Positions 31,265 through 43,185 are shown, counted from the first letter of the stretch. The stretch: 64,000 nucleotides of DNA from Methanobacteriota archaeon (GCA_963787255.1 CAWBCJ010000029.1:768001-832000); one strand, 5' to 3'. The notes: generated by a model not told the origin, from the letters alone. Numbers and translations: made by a program.

Positions 31265-32146
31265 ATGTTACATGGAACAGAAGTTTTAAAGAAAGGATTC
31301 GCCAAAATGACTAAAGGTGGAGTCATAATGGACGTTGTAAATGCAGAACAAGCAGAAATTGCAGAAAATTCAGGGGCAGTAGCAGTAATGGCACTTGAAA
31401 AGGTTCCAGCAGACATAAGAGCTGAAGGAGGAGTTGCAAGAATGGCAGATCCTTCAAAGGTTATTGAAATAATGGATGCAGTCTCAATACCAGTCATGGC
31501 AAAAGTAAGGATAGGGCATTTTGTAGAAGCGCAGATACTTGAATCCCTGGGCGTGGACATGATCGACGAAAGCGAAGTTTTAACCCCTGCAGATGAAAAA
31601 TATCACGTTGATAAAAAGAAATTTACAATCCCCTTTGTATGCGGTGCAAGGAATCTGGGTGAAGCCCTTAGAAGAATAGATGAAGGTGCAGCCATGATAA
31701 GGACCAAAGGAGAGGCTGGAACTGGTAACGTTGTTGAAGCGGTAAGGCACATGAGAAAAATACAAGGTACCATTAGAGAGATCCAGAATAAAACTGAAGA
31801 AGAACTCTGGGGAGTAGCAAGAGAAATAGAAGCTCCTTACAAACTGGTAAAACAAACAGCCGAACTTGGAAAGTTACCTGTTGTAAACTTTGCTGCTGGT
31901 GGAGTTGCAACACCTGCAGATGCAGCTTTAATGATGCAGCTTGGAGCAGACGGTGTTTTTGTTGGATCAGGTATATTCAAATCAGAAAAACCTGAGGTCG
32001 TTGCAAAAGCAATTACAGAAGCTACAGCTAATTTTGAAAACGCTGAAATACTGGCTAAAGTTTCAAAGGGACTTGGAAAAGCCATGCCTGGCCTTGAAAT
32101 GAGCGAAATTCCAGAAGAAGAAAGACTTCAGACTCGAGGATGGTAA
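31265..32146 (+). CDS. pdxS: pyridoxal 5'-phosphate synthase lyase subunit
   Basis: [49 protein letters not shown]. Confidence 0.97.
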   Translation: MLHGTEVLKKGFAKMTKGGVIMDVVNAEQAEIAENSGAVAVMALEKVPADIRAEGGVARMADPSKVIEIMDAVSIPVMAKVRIGHFVEAQILESLGVDMIDESEVLTPADEKYHVDKKKFTIPFVCGARNLGEALRRIDEGAAMIRTKGEAGTGNVVEAVRHMRKIQGTIREIQNKTEEELWGVAREIEAPYKLVKQTAELGKLPVVNFAAGGVATPADAALMMQLGADGVFVGSGIFKSEKPEVVAKAITEATANFENAEILAKVSKGLGKAMPGLEMSEIPEEERLQTRGW

Positions 32147-32467
32147 AAAAATCATTTGGAGGTATATTTTCTACCTCTTCTTTATTAATTCAAAATAAAC
32201 ATTTTTATAACGAAAATTATTTATTAAACATTTAAGTTTTGCTAAACTACTTAAAAACCAATTTATATTCTTTTTAAAAACTCGTGGTAAGCTAAAATGA
32301 TTTTTTGGCTTGATTAGAGAATTAATGGCTAAGTAGTCCAATTAATTTAGTTAAAATTGTTCAAAATATTGTCTTAACTATTCAAAATGCAATTTATTAT
32401 GAAAATAAACAGCATTTGTTCATTCTAAAAGCATAAAATATAAAAAGATATTAAATTAGTTAATATC

Positions 32468-32830
32468 TTAATTTTGCGATGCCCCACCTGCTCCACCTAA
32501 ATTTTCACCGGTTTGAGCATCTATAATAATTTCACCAGCAGGATTGCCGTTAATAATTATAGGCACGATATAAACTTTATTTCCTTCGGTTTTAAGCATT
32601 GGCTCGCCAGGGGTGGCTCCAGATTGATTTATATATTTTTTAGCTATATTTTTAGCATCTTCAGAAGATATTTTCACGTTAGCGGCGCTTGCGTTATTGT
32701 TTCCAGACGTATATTGCTGTAATGTCTGATTTCCGGTATTTGTAGCATTCTGCGTATCGTCAACGCATCCAGAAACTCCTACTATTAAAATCAGAATCGT
32801 TATAAAGCCTATGACTGATTTATTTTTCAT
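32468..32830 (-). CDS. PepSY-like lipoprotein
   Basis: lipobox VSGC; ISSEDAKNIA...Y.V......G.I.IDAQTG. Confidence 0.75.
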   Translation of the reverse strand: MKNKSVIGFITILILIVGVSGCVDDTQNATNTGNQTLQQYTSGNNNASAANVKISSEDAKNIAKKYINQSGATPGEPMLKTEGNKVYIVPIIINGNPAGEIIIDAQTGENLGGAGGASQN

Positions 32831-33044
32831 CTTAGCTTCTCCTTTTTAACTATTAATATCAATTGTAGTGCATCTATAATAAACTTTTTTGATTTTTATG
32901 AGGTATTTACAAGGAGAAACCTTTAAATAAGAATTTAATAATTATTAGTGGTTATCTGTATTATTTGGCATTATTTGAATCTTGAAGGATTTAATTTTGT
33001 AAATGGAAAATTGTATTTATCAATTTTTGCAGGTGTTTAGTAGT

Positions 33045-33371
33045 TCAATTAACAGCCTTTTTACCACTTTCTTCATTCCTTATTCTTATAACACTTTCTA
33101 TAGGGCAAATAAAGACGTTATCATGAATATCTTAATTTTCAACAGAGTTTAAAGTATCTATAACCTATTTAATATTCTCGTGGTTTGTTATGAGGTTTAT
33201 TTCCTCTCTTTTAGGAATATTCAAACTATAATTCTTCCCTCTGTAACTTTCTTTATTTTTCCCGCAACTTTCAACACAATCGACTTTTATTGCTGTTAAA
33301 TTAGAAAATCCAACATTTGTAAGTGAGTTTTTCAAATTATTCAGATCAATAATGTCTAGGAATAACTTCAT
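33045..33371 (-). pseudogene. decayed P-II (GlnK-like) gene/domain
   Basis: ESYRGKNY T-loop-like segment; continues in frame through two stops to VFICPIESVIRIRNEESGKKAVN*. Confidence 0.8.
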
Positions 33372-33429
33372 TTTACAGATTTTAGGTTCATCTCTAATTT
33401 TTTTAGGTTTTCAATTTATTGATTAATTC

Positions 33430-33720
33430 CTTAATATTTGGCCTTGCCCGGGAATTTATATCTTCCTGAGCTAGATTATATTGGAGATGGTGCTATTTGC
33501 AAAAAATTTATATCCAATAATCAAAACATTTTTGCAAGGTTCGTAGGTACATATAAGGCCTGAAGTGTACATGGGAGTGTGAAGTACCTTTAAAAACTAT
33601 TTCCAAGGTCTATAATGTTAATATTTTCTATCCAGATGTGTACATGCTTCTCTTTGGGGTCATGGCAGTGTGCACTGCAAAGAAGAACTTCATCATCATA
33701 ATCAGAAAATGATTTTAGTA
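33430..33720 (-). pseudogene. decayed metallo-beta-lactamase-fold hydrolase fragment
   Basis: Fragments IIDLGNS / VLHTPMYTSGLICTYEP.KNVLIIG / IPGQG match the degenerate MBL pattern HTPGHT.G.I..Y...LF.GD...PGHG; stops and frameshift present. Confidence 0.55.
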
Positions 33721-33898
33721 GCTGAAAAGCCTTATTAATATAATATTTTTTTTACAGAGCCTAATTGGGATATTATATCTAAAATTAATGTTATTTGGTA
33801 AAATAACAATTTTTATAGATATTTATGTAATAATTAAAATAAATAAAAAAAAGGAGTATTAGGGGTTGATTTAAAAAAACAACCTTTTATTTTGGTTT

Positions 33899-34243
<345 letters not shown>

Positions 34244-34255
34244 TCACTTTCCTAT

Positions 34256-35485
34256 CTAAATTCTGTAACCTGATTCTTCGTGAAGATTAGTATCCAGCCC
34301 TTCAATCTCTTCTTTATCTTCTACTCTTAATCCTATAACTATGTCAATTATTTTACCGATTATCAGAGTTGCAACAAATGAGTAAGCTCCTACTGCTAGT
34401 ACAGCTATTAATTGAGTTACTAATTGTCCAGGGTTTCCGTAGAAAAGCCCAGTACCAAGTGAGTTAATGAATGGTGCTGCAAAGAGACCAGTTGCAAGTG
34501 CTCCCCATAGACCGGATAAACCATGTATTCCAAATACGTCCAATGCATCGTCGTATCCTAAACGTGGTTTTAACCATGCTATTCCAAAGTAGGAAATAAC
34601 TGAAGCTATAAGGCCAATGATTATCGCTGCTTGAACGGTTACGAAACCTGCTGCAGGAGTAATAGCCACTAAACCTGCTATTGCACCGGATAATGCTCCT
34701 AGTAATGTTGGTTTACCAGTTTTTACGTAATCTATTATTGTCCATGATAATAAACCTGCTGCTGCTGCAATGTTGGTTACCAAGAATGCTGAACCAGCAA
34801 GACTACCTGCACTTAAAGCAGATCCTGCGTTGAATCCGAACCAACCGAACCAGAGAAGTGCTGCACCAATTACAGAGTAACCGAGCTGATGAGGAAGTAA
34901 GCTTGTGTCTTTTCTGCGTCCTAAAAGTATTGCTAATGCTACTGCAGCTACACCTGCATTTAAGTGTACAACTGTACCTCCAGCAAAGTCAAGTGCTCCT
35001 AAGTTGAATAACCATCCACCACCCCATACCCAGTGGGCTATTGGAACGTATACTAATGATATCCAAAGTACTGCAAAGACCAACCATGAAGAGAATTTCA
35101 TTCTCTCAACAACTGCTCCAGATATAAGTGCAATTGTTATTGCTGCAAATGTCATCTGGAATGCAATATATACTGTTGATGGTATTGTAGGTGCAAGTGT
35201 TGCAAGTGAATCTACTGCAATTCCACTAAACAATAGATTTGCAGGATTTCCAATTAGTCCCCATAGCATAGTTTCGCCAAATGCAAACTGGTAACCGTAA
35301 AGTACCCATATTATGCTTGTTACGGCGAAGGCAATTAGGGATAAAAACATTGTATTTAAAACATTTACTTTTTTTGTAAGGCCCCCGTAGAATAATGCGA
35401 CACCAGGGATGGTCATCAACATTACAAGGGCTGTAGAGATAAGCATCCATGCTGTATCTCCAGAGTTAAGAATAGGATCAGCCAT
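34256..35485 (-). CDS. amtB: ammonium transporter
   Basis: [34 protein letters not shown] (twin His). Confidence 0.96.
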   Translation of the reverse strand: MADPILNSGDTAWMLISTALVMLMTIPGVALFYGGLTKKVNVLNTMFLSLIAFAVTSIIWVLYGYQFAFGETMLWGLIGNPANLLFSGIAVDSLATLAPTIPSTVYIAFQMTFAAITIALISGAVVERMKFSSWLVFAVLWISLVYVPIAHWVWGGGWLFNLGALDFAGGTVVHLNAGVAAVALAILLGRRKDTSLLPHQLGYSVIGAALLWFGWFGFNAGSALSAGSLAGSAFLVTNIAAAAGLLSWTIIDYVKTGKPTLLGALSGAIAGLVAITPAAGFVTVQAAIIIGLIASVISYFGIAWLKPRLGYDDALDVFGIHGLSGLWGALATGLFAAPFINSLGTGLFYGNPGQLVTQLIAVLAVGAYSFVATLIIGKIIDIVIGLRVEDKEEIEGLDTNLHEESGYRI

Positions 35486-35637
35486 TTGTTTTTCCTCCGT
35501 TTTCCACTAAGTTTTGATTTATATTTTTTTTGATTAAAGCCTTAGATGGCATTAATTAGCATTTTGTGTTTTATTTGGTGTTATTTTAATTTTATACTAA
35601 AATAATTCACATTCGAATTTTTACGTTATCGGATACC

Positions 35638-35651
35638 GGTAACCTTCTTCC
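35638..35651 (-). promoter_or_regulatory. NrpR-type nitrogen operator (one mismatch) upstream of amt-glnK
   Basis: GGTA-ACCTTC-TTCC on + strand vs consensus GGAA-N6-TTCC, flanked by C/G; downstream of a TTTATA box on the - strand. Confidence 0.7.
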
Positions 35652-35804
35652 GATATATTAAACTTAATTTTGATCCCTTATAAATATTTCGATCAAATCT
35701 TAATTACCTATTTTAGTAATATTGTTAAGAATAAATTAGAATTAAAAAAAACGATTTTTAGGTCATATAATAATTGTATTTTAGAAAATAAAAAAATAGG
35801 GGAG

Positions 35805-36179
<375 letters not shown>

Positions 36180-36205
36180 TTACATTAGTTTTCATTTATA
36201 CGTGT

Positions 36206-37438
36206 CTAAGATAATCTGTAACCGGATTCCTCATGTTGGTTAATGTCAAGACCCTGTATTTCATGTTTTTCTTCAACTCTTAAGCCGAATACTTTGTCTA
36301 AAATCTTAGCAATTACCATTGTCATTATAAATGCATAAATTCCAACAACTATTATGGCTAAAAACTGAACAAGGATCAAGTGGAAATTTCCGAATAGTAT
36401 ACCGCCTGTAGTGACGCTGTTTATAAGCGGACTTGCAAATACACCTATTGCTAATGCTCCAGTAATACCACAAACTCCGTGAATTCCAAACACATCTAAT
36501 GCATCGTCGTATCCTAGGCGTGGTTTAAGCCATGATACTGCTGTGTAAGCAAGAATTGATGCAACAAATCCAATTATTATTGCTGCTGTGATATTTACAT
36601 AACCTGCAGCTGGTGTTATTGATGCTAATCCTGCTATTGCACCGGATAATGCACCAAGCATGGTTGGTTTACCTGTTTTAATTTTATCCATAAGCATCCA
36701 TGCAAGCATACCAACTGCAGCAGATATATTGGTCACAATCATTGCAGATACAGCTAAATCCCCTGCTGATAATGCAGATCCTGCGTTAAATCCGAACCAA
36801 CCGAACCAGAGAAGCCCTGCACCCATTACTGAGTAACCCAGGTGGTGAGGAAGCAATTTATTGTCTTTTCTAGCCCCAAGAGTTAGTACAAGGGCCAATG
36901 CAGCTATACCACTGGTTAAATGCACTACGATACCTCCTGCAAAGTCAAGAGCGCCAAGTTGTGCAAGGAAACCTCCACCCCACATCCAGTGAGCTACAGG
37001 TACGTAGACAAGTGTGAGCCAGACTGGAACAAATGCCAGCCATGCTGAAAATTTCATTCTTTCAACCACTGCTCCAGATATAAGTGCCACTGTAATTGCT
37101 GCAAATGTCATCTGGAATATTGCATAAAGCCCTGTTGGTATTGTAGGTGCTAATGTTGCCAGGCTTTTTGTTTCCAAAACCCCATTAAAGAATGGATTGG
37201 TTAAACTTCCTATTATTCCCCATAAATCCGTTCCGAAAATTAATTCGTATCCATAAATAAACCAGAGGATACTTACAATTGCAAAGGTAACGAATGAGAG
37301 GAACATTGTGTTTAAAACATTTTCTCTCCTGATAAGTCCCCCATAAAATAGAGCAACTCCAGGAATTGTCATTAAAATTACAAGAGCTGTTGATATTAAC
37401 ATCCAGGCTACGTCACCTGAATTAAGAATTGAATCCAT
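36206..37438 (-). CDS. amtB: ammonium transporter (second copy)
   Basis: [30 protein letters not shown]. Confidence 0.96.
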   Translation of the reverse strand: MDSILNSGDVAWMLISTALVILMTIPGVALFYGGLIRRENVLNTMFLSFVTFAIVSILWFIYGYELIFGTDLWGIIGSLTNPFFNGVLETKSLATLAPTIPTGLYAIFQMTFAAITVALISGAVVERMKFSAWLAFVPVWLTLVYVPVAHWMWGGGFLAQLGALDFAGGIVVHLTSGIAALALVLTLGARKDNKLLPHHLGYSVMGAGLLWFGWFGFNAGSALSAGDLAVSAMIVTNISAAVGMLAWMLMDKIKTGKPTMLGALSGAIAGLASITPAAGYVNITAAIIIGFVASILAYTAVSWLKPRLGYDDALDVFGIHGVCGITGALAIGVFASPLINSVTTGGILFGNFHLILVQFLAIIVVGIYAFIMTMVIAKILDKVFGLRVEEKHEIQGLDINQHEESGYRLS

Positions 37439-37519
37439 AATTTTTCCTCCACTTCATTTTATATTTGAATTATTTGTAAACGGAAGTACATTTTCTTCTT
37501 CCGTCGGAAGTATGTTATA

Positions 37520-37533
37520 GGAAACCTATTTCC
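37520..37533 (-). promoter_or_regulatory. NrpR operator upstream of amt-glnK
   Basis: perfect GGAA-ACCTAT-TTCC; near-match GGAA-GTACAT-TTTC at 37482-37495; TTATATA box near 37561-37567 on - strand. Confidence 0.85.
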
Positions 37534-37737
37534 GATATAATATAAGTTCATCTTGTATTCTATATAATCTTTGCGGTAGCTACAATCAAGTTAAAAAAGG
37601 ATTTGAAAACTTAAAATTATATTAGAAATTTTTTTAAAATGAATAATAAAATAATTTATTTTAAAAGAGGATGATTTCAACTTTAATCTTAAAAGCATAT
37701 TTTTTAAATAAAATAAAAAATTAAAAAAGAACTCCAA

Positions 37738-39237
37738 TTAATATCTAACAGGAGCTTCTAAACCAGCCATTTTAACGCCAGTTAAAAGGGATGATTCGAC
37801 TGTTAAAGCACGTAAATCATCTTTTTCAAGCTTTTGTAAATCCGTATTCCCTGCTTGCTGTGTTAACATAACTGCTTCTTCTGTCATGGCTTCTATGTAT
37901 CTTGCAACCTTCTTACCGCAATCCACATAATCTAAACGCCTTCTAAGCCTTGGATTTTGTGTTGCAATTCCTTTTCTGCATGTTCCAGTATAACAGGTTT
38001 GGCATACTCTGCATCCAATTGAAACTAAAGCAGAAGTAGCTATATAAATGGCGTCAGCACCTAAAGCAATTGCTTTTGCAACATCCGCACCATTTCTTAT
38101 ACCTCCGCCAGCTACAAGACTTACCTCTTCACGTAAGTTCACATGTTTTAAAGCCTCATCAGCTTCTACAATGGCTGCTATCGTTGGAACACCAGAATGC
38201 TCTGTAACCACATCAGGTCCAGCACCAGTTCCTCCTTGCATACCATCTACAACGATTATATCTGCACCAGCTTTTGCTGCAATCTTTACATCGTCACTTA
38301 CTCTACCAGAAGCGAATTTAACCATTATTGGGACTTTCCAGTCAGTAATTTCTCTTAATTGATCTATTTTCATACTCAGATCTTCGGGTCCTACAATATC
38401 CATATGTCTTGCTGGACTTAAAGCGTCTGCTCCTTCTTCAATTTTTCTAATTTTGGAAACTTCCGCTGTTACTTTTTCCCCTAAAAGGTGTCCACCCATA
38501 CCGGATTTTGCACCCTGCCCTATTTTAATTTCAACTGCTTCAGCATTATTCAGATAATCAGCAGATACTCCAAATCGTCCTGATGCATATTGTGCTATGA
38601 GTTTTTTCGCATATTTTCGCTCTTCTGGGAGCATTCCACCTTCACCAGTGTTCGTTGCTGTACCAGCAAGAGTTGCACCCATTGCAAGCGCTATTTTTGC
38701 TTCTTTACTTAAAGCACCAAAGGACATAGCAGCAATCATTATAGGGGTGTCAATTTCTAATGGATTTTCCGCATATCTTGAACCTAGAGTTACCTTTGTG
38801 TTACAAGGCTCCCTATATTTATCAATTGGTGGCCTTGAAACCTGTGCGGGAACAATTACAAGATCATCAAATGTAGGAACAACTCTTGTTGCTCCGCAGC
38901 CTCTTACTTTGTAGCTTCCTTCTGCAGATTTTCTGTTTATTTCCACAAGGTCTGCAAATGACCAGACGTTTCTTCTATCTTCTACGACTGCATTTACCTC
39001 TATTGCATCGTTTGGACACATTTCTTCACAAATTCTGCATCCAACGCAATTTTCATGGTGTATAGGGTAAGATTCATCATCTATTATCTCATAAACTTCA
39101 TGGGGACAGTTGTTAAAGCATGAATAACAGTTTTTACAGAGTTCTTCATCCCTATTGTCACACATATACCAACAACAACCAGGTCTATCGAAGCTTCTTC
39201 TGCAAAGGTCTTTGTTTTTTTCTATTTTAAATGGCAA
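37738..39237 (-). CDS. archaeal glutamate synthase FMN-binding subunit (GltB2) with N-terminal ferredoxin domain
   Basis: MSFGALS, NTGEGG, QYASGRFGV, EIKIGQGAK, CRVCQTCYTGTC..GIATQ; two CxxCxxCxxxCP-type motifs. Confidence 0.93.
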   Translation of the reverse strand: MPFKIEKNKDLCRRSFDRPGCCWYMCDNRDEELCKNCYSCFNNCPHEVYEIIDDESYPIHHENCVGCRICEEMCPNDAIEVNAVVEDRRNVWSFADLVEINRKSAEGSYKVRGCGATRVVPTFDDLVIVPAQVSRPPIDKYREPCNTKVTLGSRYAENPLEIDTPIMIAAMSFGALSKEAKIALAMGATLAGTATNTGEGGMLPEERKYAKKLIAQYASGRFGVSADYLNNAEAVEIKIGQGAKSGMGGHLLGEKVTAEVSKIRKIEEGADALSPARHMDIVGPEDLSMKIDQLREITDWKVPIMVKFASGRVSDDVKIAAKAGADIIVVDGMQGGTGAGPDVVTEHSGVPTIAAIVEADEALKHVNLREEVSLVAGGGIRNGADVAKAIALGADAIYIATSALVSIGCRVCQTCYTGTCRKGIATQNPRLRRRLDYVDCGKKVARYIEAMTEEAVMLTQQAGNTDLQKLEKDDLRALTVESSLLTGVKMAGLEAPVRY

Positions 39238-40371
39238 TTAGCTTCCCCCTTCTTTTGTTTGTTTAAGTGGTTTAAAAATTGGACATGCCGCATACTTTGT
39301 TCCGGAAGCCTTTAGCACTTCTGCAATATTGTCAGTTAGTTTTGCTTCAGGTTTCCATGGCTCTGCAACACTTTTATCTACAACAATTACATCATCAACC
39401 ATATTATTGGATAATGCGTAGGTTAAAAGTGCTGTAGCCACCCCGCCATCTTGACCTTCTACCTTCGGAGCCTTCACTGATAATATTTGAATATATTTTC
39501 CAAATGGTTCTTTATCAGATTCTTTGCTTGATATTTCATCTGGAATATAGGTTCTTGGACATGCTACATAACATATATTGCACTCTTCTGGGCAATTACC
39601 TTTAATTTGTGGTTTTCTATCTTTTATTTCAACTATTTCTTCTGGACAGGCATAAACACATGCTCCACAAAGTACACAGGCTCCTATGTCTATTACATCT
39701 CCTTTTAAGTCCTCAAATTGGCAATCTGAAACTTCAGTTATAAGTTCTTCCTCAGATATTTCCCTTCTGTATAATACAGGTCTTCCAACGTTTTCGCGTT
39801 TTTTAATTTCTGATTTATTTTCCCTTTTTTTCTCATTTGCAAGCTTTTCCATTATTTTAAGCCCGCTTTCGTTAATAGGTTTTGTTTCTATGTAATTGTC
39901 CTTTTCTGCAGCTTCAATGAGTTTAAAGCCTTTGTTTGTTCTTATTATTACGGTGGACCATCCCTTTGGTGAACCTACTGAACCTACAGATATATCTGAG
40001 TTTTCTGATGTGAAATCCATGCAAATTTTGCAGTTTTTACGCATGCATTTTTTTGCTTTATCCAGAGGGATTTTAACTACTCGGTCTTCGGTTAAATAGA
40101 GCCATAGTTGTCCTTTTTCTACTCTAAATTCTGTAACATCAGTTATGTCGACATCATATTCTTTAAGCAATTCCTTCATGTAGGAATATGAGAAGTTTTC
40201 CATACAGAAAAGCCCTATTTTAAGATCTACCGGGAATTCTTCATTCATTAATCTGTCCATTTTACTTGCTGCAAGAATCTGGCATGGTGTTCCAACCATT
40301 GCCACTTTTTGTGTGTTATTGGTTTGAATAATATCTTCCCCCTTATCCTTCCTCTGATTCTTTACCGCCAT
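39238..40371 (-). CDS. F420-binding FrhB/FdhB-like subunit, circularly permuted, with ferredoxin domain (start uncertain)
   Basis: VGTPCQ, GLFCMENF, CKICMD, SVGSVGSPKGWST come first; two CxxCxxC next; GQDGGVATALL...GTKY last. Confidence 0.88.
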   Translation of the reverse strand: MAVKNQRKDKGEDIIQTNNTQKVAMVGTPCQILAASKMDRLMNEEFPVDLKIGLFCMENFSYSYMKELLKEYDVDITDVTEFRVEKGQLWLYLTEDRVVKIPLDKAKKCMRKNCKICMDFTSENSDISVGSVGSPKGWSTVIIRTNKGFKLIEAAEKDNYIETKPINESGLKIMEKLANEKKRENKSEIKKRENVGRPVLYRREISEEELITEVSDCQFEDLKGDVIDIGACVLCGACVYACPEEIVEIKDRKPQIKGNCPEECNICYVACPRTYIPDEISSKESDKEPFGKYIQILSVKAPKVEGQDGGVATALLTYALSNNMVDDVIVVDKSVAEPWKPEAKLTDNIAEVLKASGTKYAACPIFKPLKQTKEGGS

Positions 40372-41035
40372 AGAAAGGTCTTTTACTTCTTGGAACTATT
40401 TTTTTAAACTTATTGTACTTTTCTTTTTCTAATTCAAACCCATAAGCAGTTAATAGTTCTTTTAGTTCCTTTTTGTCATCATCATCAATTTCTTTAATTT
40501 TAGCATTTTTACCGAGACTTTTTATATCTCCAAGGACATATATTGTCCCTCTTATGATGGATTCGCCTGCATCATCTGATATGTCTCCAAGCACGACTAT
40601 ACGTCCGCCCATCATGAAAAGGCCGCTCATAAATCCTGAGTTTCCCCCAATTATAATGGTCCCGTTTTTCATTATTTCTCCAGTTCTGGAGCCTGCGTTT
40701 CTTCTAACTACGACTGTACCGCCGTATATTCCCTGCCCAACTCCGTCTCCTGCTGCGCCGTCTATTATGACTTCTCCTTCAGTCATGTTATCCGCTGGAA
40801 ACCATCCTGCATTTCCAGTTATATGTATTTTGGCACCGTCTATCATTGTACCTACAAAATAACCGGCAGAACCGTCAATAATAATTTCGGCTTCGTCTGT
40901 AAGTCCTGCTATCATGTAATGCATTGCATTAGGGTTTTTGATAACAATACGATCATATTCTTTTGCAGCTTGCTTTATAGCGCGGTTCAAGTCCCTTGGA
41001 ACCATTGAGTTAGCATCAATTTCTATTTCATTCAT
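40343..41035 (-). CDS. glutamate synthase GXGXG domain subunit (GltB3)
   Basis: repeated G.AG...G..M.GG beta-helix motifs. Confidence 0.9.
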   Translation of the reverse strand: MNEIEIDANSMVPRDLNRAIKQAAKEYDRIVIKNPNAMHYMIAGLTDEAEIIIDGSAGYFVGTMIDGAKIHITGNAGWFPADNMTEGEVIIDGAAGDGVGQGIYGGTVVVRRNAGSRTGEIMKNGTIIIGGNSGFMSGLFMMGGRIVVLGDISDDAGESIIRGTIYVLGDIKSLGKNAKIKEIDDDDKKELKELLTAYGFELEKEKYNKFKKIVPRSKRPFYGGKESEEG

Positions 41036-41050
41036 GAAATCACCTTGATT

Positions 41051-41969
41051 TTAAATTGTATATGCTCTTGATTCTCCTGGTGATATTTGATCTATATCGT
41101 GTGTGTCCATTACTGCTCGAAGAGAAACCTCTTCAGAGGCTATAGCAAATACTTCATTATTTTCTGCAAGAACCCCCGGTCTAAGTCCTAGCTGGTCTTT
41201 TGCTATTCCTATACCGTTTGGTGTTCCTACAATATATGAAAATGGGCCATCCATATCTTTTACGGACTGTTCAAGAGCTTCTTCCAGTTTGTAGCCTTCA
41301 TGTAGTTTATCTGCTATATAATGGACGATACATTCTGTATCGTTATTTGTCTCGAAAATATGTCCTTTTCTTTCCAATGGATCTCTTATTTTCCAATAAT
41401 TTGTAATTTGTCCATTATGCACCACGGTTATATCTGGTGTGATGTAGCTTTGGAATGGATGTGCGTGATAACGATCTACTATACTTTCGGTTGAAAATCG
41501 GGTATGACCGATTGCATGAGTTCCCATTTTTGAATATGTATCATATCTATCTGCAATTTCTTTTACAGAGCCTACGTCTTTTATCATTTCAAATGAATGG
41601 CTTCCATTAAGTACGATTACATTTTCTAACTTATCAATATCCATAATGAGTGGTTTAAGCTCTTCAAATGAATTTAAGGCTATTTTGCATCGGTAGATAT
41701 TATAATTTTCTACTGATGGGATTATTTCTTCCTTTTCAATAGGTGTAACTGCATTTACAGTTTGTTTTACCTGTTCTAAGAAGACCTGATTTCTCTTTTA
41801 CTTCTATATTTAATAGATATTCATGCTCTGCTAAACCAAGGCCTCCATATATGGAAAAGCCTGCAGAATCGGGTCCTCTATGTTGTAGGGCATCAAGCAT
41901 TCTGGTCATGATTTCCCCTACTGGATGTAGTTTCCTGTCTTTAAATACGACTCCTGCTATTCCGCACAA
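41051..41969 (-). pseudogene. class II glutamine amidotransferase (GltB1), split by one extra base near 41777
   Basis: N-terminal CGIAG...LQHRGPDSAG and C-terminal GHTRFST, AHPF, HNGQI, DTE, GLRP lie in different frames; 919 nt = 3n+1. Could be a real lesion, a sequencing error or recoding. Confidence 0.8.
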
Positions 41970-42535
41970 TTTAATACCTCCTCTATGAAGTACTTGTGGA
42001 TTCTTGTATCGCCTGTAAGCTCTGGATGAAATGCTGTGGCAATATGCTTTCCACTTTTTACTGCAATAATTTTATCTTGATATTTTGAGAGTATATCAAC
42101 GTTATTCCCTACTTTTTCGATGTAAGGAGCTCTAATGAATATACCTTCGAATTTTTCATCTAATATCTCTATTTCATCTTCAAATGACACTTTCTGCCGG
42201 CCAAAGGCATTTCTTTTAACTTCCATATCAATTAGTCCAAGTAATGGCTGTTCATAATCGGTTTTTTTTGCAAGAAGAACCATTCCCGCGCACGTTCCCA
42301 TCACAGGGATGTTATGATCAATGATCGATTTCATGATGCCGGTTTTTTCCATTAATTTTCCTATAACAGTACTTTCTCCACCTGAGATGATTATTCCATC
42401 ACATTTTGAAATGTCTTCAGCAGTTTTTACTTTCAAAACATCAGCTTTAATGTCCATGTCTTTTAATGCTTGTTTAGTGATATCAAGATGTTCAGAAACG
42501 TCTCCCTGTAAATTTAAAATGCCAATTGAAACCAT
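41957..42535 (-). CDS. pdxT: pyridoxal 5'-phosphate synthase glutaminase subunit
   Basis: LQGDVSEH, GGEST, GTCAG, RNAFGRQ, FIRAP, FHPE. Confidence 0.96.
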   Translation of the reverse strand: MVSIGILNLQGDVSEHLDITKQALKDMDIKADVLKVKTAEDISKCDGIIISGGESTVIGKLMEKTGIMKSIIDHNIPVMGTCAGMVLLAKKTDYEQPLLGLIDMEVKRNAFGRQKVSFEDEIEILDEKFEGIFIRAPYIEKVGNNVDILSKYQDKIIAVKSGKHIATAFHPELTGDTRIHKYFIEEVLNCAE

Positions 42536-42600
42536 ATTTTGTTTCCTCTGTTTTCTTTTCTTGCTTGATTGTCTAAGCTGATATTATTTGAAAATAATAT

Positions 42601-42628
42601 TATATAAAGTTACCGGAAATCTGTTTCC
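42601..42628 (-). promoter_or_regulatory. TATA box plus perfect NrpR operator upstream of pdxT-glt operon
   Basis: TTTATATA (42601-42608, - strand) and GGAA-ATCTGT-TTCC at 42615-42628 with C/G flanks. Confidence 0.85.
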
Positions 42629-42851
42629 GAAAATGCAAATATTTTGAAGGATGAATTTTAATCCAAATTTTTTTTGTACAATGTTCAAAATATTACTTGT
42701 AATGTATGGTATAACTGAACACTTATATAAACATTTTCTGTTTAAATTTATTAAAAAATTATTCATTAATTTTGTTTTTCCAATAAATTAATATATTATA
42801 AATAAAAATTCAAAATAAAGATAACTTATTAAAACAGGCCTAAATTAAGGA

Positions 42852-43115
42852 GTGAAATTAATGAATAAATTGACAATTCTATTAATTGTAATCATTATCA
42901 TGGCGGTTGGTGTTGCAGGATATATTTTTGGGTCTCAAAACTCTCAAGGCGTGCCTATAACATTTACTAATAATTCATCAGATGACGATTCAGGGGTTTC
43001 CAGTTCTGACTTAAAAAAATCAACAAAAACTACCATAAAGCCAAAAACAAACACTACAGTTAAAAAGACTATAACTAACAGTACACCAAAAACAAATAGC
43101 ACAAATTCTACATAG
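42852..43115 (+). CDS. small membrane-anchored Thr/Ser/Lys-rich protein
   Basis: N-terminal TM helix, low-complexity tail with N-x-S/T sequons; GGAG RBS. Confidence 0.7.
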   Translation: MKLMNKLTILLIVIIIMAVGVAGYIFGSQNSQGVPITFTNNSSDDDSGVSSSDLKKSTKTTIKPKTNTTVKKTITNSTPKTNSTNST

Positions 43116-43185
43116 AAATATTTTAGAATATTAAATTCTATTTCTTTTATTTCATTAATTAAAATAAATTAATTTTTAATATATT

